A stretch of DNA of 64,000 bases, from the NCBI GenBank assembly GCA_018713745.1, contig DVOH01000022.1:10615-74614 (forward strand), written 5' to 3'. The translations under genes and the position numbers were made by a program. Shown here piece after piece: positions 30,184 through 37,744 of the stretch. The stretch comes from Candidatus Stercoripulliclostridium merdipullorum (GTDB taxonomy: Bacteria > Bacillota > Clostridia > Christensenellales > DTU072). The notes under the pieces are model-generated. The model searched no databases and had not been told where the DNA came from. It was given only the letters and a program-made list of their open reading frames with translations. Every line of letters begins with the position of its first letter. Positions within the stretch are counted from its first letter, which is position 1.

Positions 30184-30819
30184 TTATACCGTTCCGTTTG
30201 CGTCTTCTCCCTTCGCGATACGGTTGACGCTGATTTCGTATGCCGTGCGCGTTTCGGTTGTCCCGTCCGCAAGCACTTTTTGATACTCCCTCGACTGAAT
30301 CCTTCCGCTGATTACGACTTTGGTTCCGACAGGAAGTCCCGCCGCAAATCTTGCGTTCCGCCCCCAGGCAATGCACGGTATATAATCCGACTTGTTGTAT
30401 GCACGGTTGACCGCAACCAGAATATCCGCTATCTCTCGTTTGAACGGCGTTGTGCGGTATACGGGATCTTTGCAGATGTATCCGATCAATTCGATCTGAT
30501 TGCTGTTGCGCCCCTCTTCCGCTTCGACGATTTCTCTGACAAATACCGTCAGCATCAGCTTGGAACGCCCTTCTACCAGCTTATTATAGCTTCTGAATTG
30601 TCCGCTGACGGCGATTTCCGTCCCCGCCTCGAGGTCGTAGTCGCTCATCAGCCGATCGGATACCGTGATCGGAATAATGTCTGCTTGCTCGCTCAGCCGA
30701 TTGACCCGCAACGCGCTTTCGTAAAAGTTTTCGCCAAACACCTGGTGGGAGAAAATCGGTTCTCCCACAACGGTTCCGGATAAATATACGCTGTTGCTGT
30801 TCTGTTGTGATTCGTTCAT
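30184..30819 (-). CDS. SSB-family protein with two tandem OB folds and no acidic C-terminal tip
   Basis: Two SSB-like halves (VYLSGTVVGEPIF...VSGQFRSY... and IELIGYICKDPVYRTT...IAWGRNARFAAGLPVGTKVVISGRIQSREY...). ATG 30819 is preceded by AAAGGAGAG; the track ORF extends to 30882. Confidence 0.7.
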   Translation of the reverse strand: MNESQQNSNSVYLSGTVVGEPIFSHQVFGENFYESALRVNRLSEQADIIPITVSDRLMSDYDLEAGTEIAVSGQFRSYNKLVEGRSKLMLTVFVREIVEAEEGRNSNQIELIGYICKDPVYRTTPFKREIADILVAVNRAYNKSDYIPCIAWGRNARFAAGLPVGTKVVISGRIQSREYQKVLADGTTETRTAYEISVNRIAKGEDANGTV

Positions 30820-30847
30820 GGTACTCTCCTTTTCAAATCGGTATTTC

Positions 30848-31609
30848 TTACGATTTGTTTGCTTTCTGTATTCCGTTGGCATCGATGGTAAAATCGCTGC
30901 TCATTACGACTTCGTCCATCCCGACGGCTTTCAACCCTTTGTTTTGCAATCCGACCAAAATAAGCGGTAATGCTTCCAAAATGTGATCGGAATTGTTGTG
31001 GCAAAGGATAATCGATCCGCTCTTTACGTTTGCCAACACGCGATCGGCGATTTCGCCTCCCGAAATCCCTTTCCAATCCAGCGTATCGATGCTCCACTGA
31101 ACCGTTTGCATTTTCATGGCGTCCGCCGTTTCGATCAGCGAATTATTGTATTCGCCGAAAGGAGCGCGGAAGTATTGAGGCGCATTCCCGGTCAAAGCGG
31201 CGATTTTTTCGTTGGTCAGGCGCAATTCTTCTTCCATCTTTGCTCGATCGAGCTTTGCCATATGCAGATGGTTGGTGCTGTGATTGCCGATCACATGTCC
31301 GCGTTCGGCGATTTCCTTGACCATTTCGGGATAATGATCAACCCAGAACCCGACCAGGAAAAACGTTCCGCGCGCGCCGTACTGCTCAAGAATGTCCATA
31401 ATCTGAGCGGTCTTGTCCGCTCCCCACGCCGCGTCGAAACTCAAAGCAACAACGTTTTGGTCTGTTTCGACGCCGTAAACCGGCACTTTGCGGCGCTCCG
31501 CCGCACTCGGTACCGCCCCCGGCACCCAGACCAGAATGCTCAGTACCGCAATCAGGCAAACCAGCGCACATACGACGGCAACACGTTTTTTCCGAAAAAT
31601 CGCTATCAT
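30848..31609 (-). CDS. polysaccharide deacetylase (PdaB-like, NodB domain), membrane-anchored
   Basis: N-terminal TM; NodB motifs SFDAAWG, ATFFLVG-like GTFFLVGFW, GHVIGNHSTNH, RAPFGEY, ILCHN. Confidence 0.85.
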   Translation of the reverse strand: MIAIFRKKRVAVVCALVCLIAVLSILVWVPGAVPSAAERRKVPVYGVETDQNVVALSFDAAWGADKTAQIMDILEQYGARGTFFLVGFWVDHYPEMVKEIAERGHVIGNHSTNHLHMAKLDRAKMEEELRLTNEKIAALTGNAPQYFRAPFGEYNNSLIETADAMKMQTVQWSIDTLDWKGISGGEIADRVLANVKSGSIILCHNNSDHILEALPLILVGLQNKGLKAVGMDEVVMSSDFTIDANGIQKANKS

Positions 31610-31685
31610 GTTTTCACCTCTATCTTACTAAAACTTCGGGAGCGGATTTTGACGAATGTTGTCTGAAATCGGTCGATTTTAGACA

Positions 31686-31718
31686 ACAAAAAGCGCATAC
31701 CCATTAAAAGATATGCGC
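31686..31718 (-). terminator. candidate intrinsic terminator after the LRR lipoprotein gene
   Basis: gcgcaua / uaugcgc 7-bp stem with a 12-nt loop, followed by uuuuuguug. Confidence 0.5.
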
Positions 31719-31745
31719 CGTATGCGTCGCTTAGAAGATCAAGTT

Positions 31746-34700
31746 TCAGTTCAGGCGAAAACAGTCCGCATAAAACGACCAGACCGGATGCCCCGCAATA
31801 TCGGATTCGGTCGCGTAACTGACAATGGTCAATTTTGCTTCGCCCGTTCCGATCATAACGATGGGATTTTCTTCCGCTTCCGGAAGCAACTCGAAGCTGA
31901 TCTGAACATCCGTCCCCGCGTCGCGATCGAAACGGAAGGCTTCCGTTCCGATCGACTGCAATCCGACCAAATTCCAGAAGCGCACCGCTCCGACGCCGTA
32001 AAACGCGCGATCTCCGATCGAGCGCACGATCGACGCGCCTTCGAGCGTTGCAAGCACATCGCAATGTTCAAACGCCGAAGTCTCGACCGAAAGCACGTTG
32101 TTGAAGGAAAAACTTGTAATTTTCGCCCCGAAAAACGCATATTCGCCGATAGTCAGGCAACGTGCGTCGGGCGATACTCTCGTTATATCGCTCCCGACGG
32201 CAAACGCGATCAACCGCGTATAATCTTTAGAATATAGAATGTTTTTCTTGGAGCTTGCTCCGATCGACGTCGTATACTTTCGATTATATTCGGACACATA
32301 GAATGACTCCAGCGAAGTCATACCCAGCAGAGCCCCCGTTCCGATCGATCGGACGGAACTGAGATCGAGATGCTTGACGCCTGTAAGTCCGCAAAGCGCA
32401 AAGTCGCTTAAGACCGAAATCTGTCCGAGGTCGATCGCGCTTACAAAGTCACAATCCTTAAACGCATACGGCGCGACCGTCGTAACGGCACGCCCCTCGA
32501 CGGTGTCGGGGATCCGAACGACCGCTTGACTCCCGAGATAGCGATAAAGACAAAGATCTTCTCCGTCGAAGGTGGGTGCAAAAACGAAATCCCCCGCACG
32601 GATGATGCCTCCGTGCAGCAAAGCCCAACACTGTTTTGCCGCATCGCCGATCGAAACGACCAGCCGCCCTCCCGCGATCATTGCGTCCGGGATATTGCCG
32701 CGGCTCCGTAACGCCGCCAGTAAACGCTGTGAAACAAATGCAAGCGAAGCGTTTTGCGTACCGTCTATGACAAAAGCCTTGACCCCGACACCGATCTCTG
32801 CAAGCAGGATCGAATCGATTTCGGGCGCAAGATAGGTCAGATCCAAAATAGTGAGTTCGTCCGCGATTTCGACGCCACTACCCAAATACCGTAGCGCTAT
32901 ACCGAGCTGCGCAAACGGTTCGGCGTATAAACCGTATAATTCCTTCAGCGCGATCGGCTCTTCCGTTTCTTCAAAAAAGGCTTTTACGATTACATCGTGC
33001 GCCGGCATGCGAAACGTGGCAGAATTGCCGATCACCGTGCCGCTTTTGTCCTCAACCGAAACCGAAGCCAAGCGGAAACCGCTTTTCGGAAGGCATTGAA
33101 GGGATACGGTCTGCCCTTCGAAATATCCGCCGGCAAACGGCGCTTCCACCACTCCTCCCGCAGACGCCTCTGTCGCAACCCGATAGCGGGTATCGGTATC
33201 GGGAAAGGACGGAGTCTTTGCCGGTTCCAACGTGACGTCGCATGACGGCATAATAAAATAATACCCTCCCGCGTCGGACAAGATCTCATACCGCGCGCCG
33301 TCGTCCCTCCCCTTCACGACAATATCTTCGGGAGAAAGACGAAGATCATACGGAAGCAAAAGCTCGACGGCAACGCGCTCTCCGCTTGCCGCTTCCGTAA
33401 CCGCGGCGTATACCCCGATTGTTTGATCGCAATACGATTCGATTGCAAAAACGCGTTCAAATCGGCAGGTCAAGGCAATCGAACCGACATACGGCATTTC
33501 AAATTGCCACTCAAACGGAACGCCGTTATAACACAAGGAACCTTGTTGCAAACGGTATCCCGCATCCGGAATGACCAGAACGCTTACGGTTTTGCCGCCG
33601 AGTGCCGATTGCGGCGCTTCGATTCTGCCGCCTTCGGTTTCTTCCACGATGATCGGCAAAGGGCGATCGCCGTAAGAAATTGCTTCAAAAACGGCGCTGA
33701 TCCGCGCTTCGGCATCGGGCATGACAAAATATCCCGCTTCGATCGGACTGCCGTTGACCGAAAGACTGCCCTCTTTCAGGCGGTAGCCTTCGTCGGGCAA
33801 TGCAAGGACGGTCACGATACTGCCGACTTTTGCGCCGCGATACCCCGCAACGCCGACTTCGTCGTAAGCAACCCGCAACGAGCCGCCTCGAATGGGCTCG
33901 ATAATGACGGAATACACGTCGCGGGGCAACAATTCGACCGTTACTTCAACGCTTTCTTCGGGCATCAAAAACGTCATCCCGTCGATCGGACTGCCGTTGA
34001 CTTTGAGGCGGGAAAAATAGTAACCTTCGTATGCCCGAACCGTGACCGTTACGCGTTCCCCTGCGGCAAATTCGGTGCCGTTTGCTTCGGCATATCCCCG
34101 ATTGCGATCAACGGAAAGCGTCAGCGGATAGCGGTGCAAGGTACTGATCGATCGGAATACGCCGTAAACGACGACGTCGCAAGCGGGCATCACAAAATAA
34201 TCTTCCCGCACGACCAGATCGTTGACTCTGTATTCGACCAGCCGCATCCCGTCGATGGGTTGGGCGCTGAGGCGAACGTATTCCCCTTCTTTTGCTTCGG
34301 AGAGATCGGCGTGTACCGTACCCCCTTGCAAAAGACCTTCGTTGTTGACCGAAATCGTATAGAGCGTATCGTCAAACGGAACAAACGTCGCATAGATCAT
34401 CACGTTTGCCGCAGGCATCTCGAAGGAGGTTTCTGCAAGTTCGGCTCCGTTGACAAAAAGCTGTTGCAGCTTGTATCCCGGGTCGGGGACAATCTGCAAA
34501 TAGATTGTTTCGCCCACCGTTGCGGTACTGCGGTCGCAAAGAACCCGCCCACCTTCGCTTTCGCCGATCGCAACGGAATAAACAATCGCTTCGAATTCTG
34601 CCGTAATCACAACGGGTTCCGCCGGCATGATAAACAGATAATCGTCCTGATACGGGCGTCCCGAAAATTCGCCGTAGGGAATTCCGTTGAGATAAATACT

Positions 34701-35168
34701 GTCCGGAATCAGGCGATAACCGCTGTCGGGCGTGATGCGGAAACTTACCTCTCTGCCATAGATTGCGGTGCCCCCCGACAAGACGGCAATCGAACCGCCC
34801 GCAAGACTTCCGACACTGACTGCATGCGGAATCAGTTTGACGCTGACCCAACCGGCATACAAGATCGTATCGCGTGTCGTTTCAAACAGATTGGGGTTGA
34901 AATCTCTTGTGCAATCGGCATCAAGGTGCCAACCGTCAAAGACATACTCTTCTCTGACGGGATCGTCGGGAAGCGTCAGCTTCGATCCGGCAGGAATCCG
35001 AACGGCGGCAACGGATGAGCCGCCTTTTGTGTCAAACGAAATTGTGACCAAATGCCCCGATTGATCGGGCGAAGCGGGCTTTGCGCAAGCGGAAAGCACG
35101 ATCGCCGTCAACCAGACGACCGCCAATACGATCACGATATAAATTTTACCCCGTATCGTTTTCGGCAT
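31746..35168 (-). CDS. large surface lipoprotein: Listeria-Bacteroides repeat + 8 InlB-B-like Ig modules + BspA-type leucine-rich repeats
   Basis: Signal peptide with lipobox LSAC. DTKGG...YVFDGW...LYAGW repeat; repeated PD.GY.L....VNG....F.MP modules; C-terminal LRR_5-like block (AFKDCDFVSAIDLG..., FALCGLTGVKHLDL...). ATG 35168 has AGGAAAA upstream; the track ORF starts at 35201. Confidence 0.8.
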   Translation of the reverse strand: MPKTIRGKIYIVIVLAVVWLTAIVLSACAKPASPDQSGHLVTISFDTKGGSSVAAVRIPAGSKLTLPDDPVREEYVFDGWHLDADCTRDFNPNLFETTRDTILYAGWVSVKLIPHAVSVGSLAGGSIAVLSGGTAIYGREVSFRITPDSGYRLIPDSIYLNGIPYGEFSGRPYQDDYLFIMPAEPVVITAEFEAIVYSVAIGESEGGRVLCDRSTATVGETIYLQIVPDPGYKLQQLFVNGAELAETSFEMPAANVMIYATFVPFDDTLYTISVNNEGLLQGGTVHADLSEAKEGEYVRLSAQPIDGMRLVEYRVNDLVVREDYFVMPACDVVVYGVFRSISTLHRYPLTLSVDRNRGYAEANGTEFAAGERVTVTVRAYEGYYFSRLKVNGSPIDGMTFLMPEESVEVTVELLPRDVYSVIIEPIRGGSLRVAYDEVGVAGYRGAKVGSIVTVLALPDEGYRLKEGSLSVNGSPIEAGYFVMPDAEARISAVFEAISYGDRPLPIIVEETEGGRIEAPQSALGGKTVSVLVIPDAGYRLQQGSLCYNGVPFEWQFEMPYVGSIALTCRFERVFAIESYCDQTIGVYAAVTEAASGERVAVELLLPYDLRLSPEDIVVKGRDDGARYEILSDAGGYYFIMPSCDVTLEPAKTPSFPDTDTRYRVATEASAGGVVEAPFAGGYFEGQTVSLQCLPKSGFRLASVSVEDKSGTVIGNSATFRMPAHDVIVKAFFEETEEPIALKELYGLYAEPFAQLGIALRYLGSGVEIADELTILDLTYLAPEIDSILLAEIGVGVKAFVIDGTQNASLAFVSQRLLAALRSRGNIPDAMIAGGRLVVSIGDAAKQCWALLHGGIIRAGDFVFAPTFDGEDLCLYRYLGSQAVVRIPDTVEGRAVTTVAPYAFKDCDFVSAIDLGQISVLSDFALCGLTGVKHLDLSSVRSIGTGALLGMTSLESFYVSEYNRKYTTSIGASSKKNILYSKDYTRLIAFAVGSDITRVSPDARCLTIGEYAFFGAKITSFSFNNVLSVETSAFEHCDVLATLEGASIVRSIGDRAFYGVGAVRFWNLVGLQSIGTEAFRFDRDAGTDVQISFELLPEAEENPIVMIGTGEAKLTIVSYATESDIAGHPVWSFYADCFRLN
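31917..32549 (-). repeat. BspA-type leucine-rich repeat (LRR_5-like) coding block
   Basis: Periodic ..I.....I...AF..C..L..I.L pattern in aa ~885-1095 of the track ORF. Confidence 0.65.
32967..34826 (-). repeat. eight tandem ~70-80-aa divergent InlB-B-repeat-like modules (protein-level repeat; DNA copies diverged)
   Basis: Recurrent pattern Y.V....GG.V......A..G..V.L...PD.GY.L....VNG.......F.MP...V.V.A.F, read eight times in the translation. Confidence 0.7.
34848..35054 (-). repeat. Listeria-Bacteroides (Flg_new-type) repeat coding segment
   Basis: HLVTISFDTKGGSSV...REEYVFDGWHLD...DTILYAGW. Confidence 0.7.
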
Positions 35169-35182
35169 GGTTTTCCTGTGGA

Positions 35183-36703
35183 TTATTTGCCGAGCCGGCA
35201 AAGATGCTTCAGGACCTTTGCCGTAGCGACGGCGTCATAGGTCGCGCGATGCGCGTTGCCGATCTCGATTTTAAAGTCCTTGCAAAGGGATTCGAGATTG
35301 TATTTGCTTCGCCTTAACCGCTCCCGCGCCATCTGAAGGGTGTCGGCAACGGGATTGTCAAACAAATAACGGTGTTCTTTGCCGTAATATGTAATGAATC
35401 CCATATCGAACGAGGCATTGTGCGCCACCATCAATGCACCGCGTGTAAACTTGTAAAAATCCCCGATGACCTCCCCGAGAACGGGCGCATGTTCGACGTC
35501 TTTGTCATAAATGTGGTTGACCCCCGACGCTTCTGCGGGAATGGGCATTTCGGGATTGATCAGGGTGGAAAACGTTTCGATCATCACGCCGTCGCGCAGT
35601 TTGACCGCACCGATTTCGATGATACGATCGGATGTCGACTTGATGCCCGTCGTTTCGAGATCGAAAACAACGACGTCACCGCGCAACAGTTCGGGAAGCG
35701 GACCGTCTTCCTGAAACATCAAGGTCTGCTCTTCGTCGCAATATGCCTCGGGCCGGACGGTAACGTAATCATCTTCGGCAGAAAGATACTTCACTTCGGT
35801 ATCGATGGTTGCAAAATCGATCTGACACAAGGCAAGCCGGTATACCGTCAAACTGAGCTCGTGCGAATACTGATCCATCCGAACGGGTCCTTCGGCAACG
35901 ATTTGGCATCCGTTTTGAATCTTTTGCTCGAACAGCGCAGACTTTTCCGCATCTCTCGGAAAATACTTTGCCGCAATCGACCCCGTTGTATCGTCGATTC
36001 GGAATAGATAAAAATCTTTTTGCTTGAGTTTTGACGTCTTTTTGGTCAGGTCTTTTACCGTTCCGCAAACGGTTTGCGTATCTTTTTCGCCCCCTAACGC
36101 CGTTTTGATATAAAGCGGTTTCCGCGCAACGGCTCCGACAACGTTTTCGCTGACCGTCACGTCGACTGTCTTGATCGATTCGATTTCTTTGGTCTTCTTC
36201 CGTCTGCGCACGGCTGTCGAAGATACGCTCGAACCTTCTCTCCTCCCCAGTTCCACTTCGACCGATTCCATTACGTTACAATCCAGCGCGTTTTCGATTT
36301 TTTCGCCGAAACCGTTTTGGACCATAAAACCGTAAACGTCCGAAGGAAGGTGCGGAATGGTAATTTTGACGGTGTTGTATTCAAACGTGATCAGAATTTC
36401 GGCATCCTTCAGTTTCGGGTACAAAAGCGGCGATTCCCGATACAAAAATTCATGCAGGCATTGCAGAATATAATCTTCTTCCGAAATCGTTTTGCGGTAC
36501 CGTATCGCCGAGTCCATCCCTTGGGGCAGTAATGCCGCGACAATTCCCGCGACCTTTTGCTTCAAAGCATCGGTCAAAAGGCTGTCGTAATCCTTAGCGG
36601 CAATCAAAAATTCCAATCGGATTTTGTCCTCCCCGACGAGTTCTGCGCCCGCCAGTTTGAAAATCCGCTCCTCTTCCCGCAGTTCACGGTTGAAGAAATA
36701 CAT
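35183..36703 (-). CDS. PolC-type N-terminal domain + OB fold + DEDDh 3'-5' exonuclease protein (no PHP or polymerase domains)
   Basis: ExoI VVFDLETTG (35645-35671), ExoII VAHNASFDMGF, ExoIII HRATYDAV; OB-like TVCGTVKDL...FYLFRIDDTTGSIAAKYF. ATG 36703 lies 10 nt after the ispG stop with AAGGAAA upstream; the track ORF extends to 36766. Confidence 0.75.
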   Translation of the reverse strand: MYFFNRELREEERIFKLAGAELVGEDKIRLEFLIAAKDYDSLLTDALKQKVAGIVAALLPQGMDSAIRYRKTISEEDYILQCLHEFLYRESPLLYPKLKDAEILITFEYNTVKITIPHLPSDVYGFMVQNGFGEKIENALDCNVMESVEVELGRREGSSVSSTAVRRRKKTKEIESIKTVDVTVSENVVGAVARKPLYIKTALGGEKDTQTVCGTVKDLTKKTSKLKQKDFYLFRIDDTTGSIAAKYFPRDAEKSALFEQKIQNGCQIVAEGPVRMDQYSHELSLTVYRLALCQIDFATIDTEVKYLSAEDDYVTVRPEAYCDEEQTLMFQEDGPLPELLRGDVVVFDLETTGIKSTSDRIIEIGAVKLRDGVMIETFSTLINPEMPIPAEASGVNHIYDKDVEHAPVLGEVIGDFYKFTRGALMVAHNASFDMGFITYYGKEHRYLFDNPVADTLQMARERLRRSKYNLESLCKDFKIEIGNAHRATYDAVATAKVLKHLCRLGK

Positions 36704-36713
36704 AAAATTTCCT

Positions 36714-37730
36714 TTATCCACCGCATTCCTCCAGCAAAGCGTCCAATTCTGCCTCGATACAATCATTGCCGACCGTCTTCACGATCTGCCCCTTCCGAAA
36801 CAAAACGCTTTTGTCTTTTCCGCCGCATACACCGAAATCGGCGCCTTGGGACTCTCCGATCCCGTTGACCGCGCAACCCATCACGGCGATTTTCAAATTT
36901 TTCGGGAGATTGCCGAAGCGACGCTCCAGACGCTCGGCAAGTCCCGCAACGTCGATGCAGGTTCTGGCACAGGTCGGACAAGCGACGACATGAACCCCCT
37001 CTCTCAACCCGAGACTTTGCAAGAGCCTGACCGCGCCGATTACTTCGGGTACGGGATTGCCGGAGAGCGAAAACCGCACGGTATCTCCGATGCCCTCCAA
37101 CAACAACGCGCCGATCGCGGCAGACGAACGTATGATGCCCGACTGCGTCGTACCCGCTTCGGTCAGTCCGATATGCAAGGGATAATCGGTCTTTTTTGCC
37201 AGAATCCGATTGACGGCAACGGTTTCGCGCACGTCGCTCGACTTGACGGCAAGCACCAAACGGTCGCATCCCGCGTCTTCCATCCGCTTGGCGGCGTCGA
37301 GGGCAAGCGAGGCAAGCATTTCGGGCGTGGCATTCTCTTTGACCGAGCCGCGGTTGACGCCGACCCGGATGGGAATCAAGCGCTCATTGGCAACTTGTGC
37401 AATTTCTTTCAGTCCCGCCGCAGGCGTATTGGAGGGATTGATTCTGATTTTGTGTGCACCGCTTTCCATTGCGGCGATCGCAAGCCGATAGTCATAATGA
37501 ATATCTGCGACAATGGGCAATGTCGTCGCTTCGACAATGCTTTTCAGCGCCTTTGCCGATGCTTGGTCGGGTACCGAAACCCGAACGAGATCGGCGCCTG
37601 CGCGCTGTAGTGCTTCGATTTCTCCGACCGTAGCTTTGATGTCGGTTGTCGGGGTGTCGGTCATGGATTGCACCGAAACGGGTGCGCCCCCTCCGATTGT
37701 CAGATTGCCGACGTTTACGGATTTTGTCAT
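36714..37730 (-). CDS. ispG: (E)-4-hydroxy-3-methylbut-2-enyl-diphosphate synthase
   Basis: TIM-barrel N-domain; Fe-S cysteines in ACPTCAR and VMGCAVNGIGES. Confidence 0.94.
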   Translation of the reverse strand: MTKSVNVGNLTIGGGAPVSVQSMTDTPTTDIKATVGEIEALQRAGADLVRVSVPDQASAKALKSIVEATTLPIVADIHYDYRLAIAAMESGAHKIRINPSNTPAAGLKEIAQVANERLIPIRVGVNRGSVKENATPEMLASLALDAAKRMEDAGCDRLVLAVKSSDVRETVAVNRILAKKTDYPLHIGLTEAGTTQSGIIRSSAAIGALLLEGIGDTVRFSLSGNPVPEVIGAVRLLQSLGLREGVHVVACPTCARTCIDVAGLAERLERRFGNLPKNLKIAVMGCAVNGIGESQGADFGVCGGKDKSVLFRKGQIVKTVGNDCIEAELDALLEECGG

Positions 37731-37744
37731 CGGTACGCCTCCGT

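Noticed and set aside
33423-35018. A 531-aa plus-strand ORF antisense to the LRR/InlB-repeat lipoprotein gene.
   Set aside because: Same shadow-frame explanation. The sense strand carries a coherent signal peptide and repeat architecture, whereas the antisense product is low-complexity (R/D/F/G-rich) with no recognisable motif.
35178-35186. A DnaA-box-like 9-mer, TGTGGATTA (one mismatch to TGTGGATAA).
   Set aside because: It is a single isolated copy at a gene junction. There is no cluster, AT-rich unwinding element or dnaA/dnaN context.
35183-36703. The idea that the exonuclease gene is simply a truncated polC pseudogene.
   Set aside because: The reading frame is clean with its own SD and stop, the Exo motifs are intact, the PHP(N) segment between OB and Exo is absent, and no polC-derived sequence follows. 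I keep it as a finding (a distinct paralog or rearrangement relic), not as a pseudogene call.
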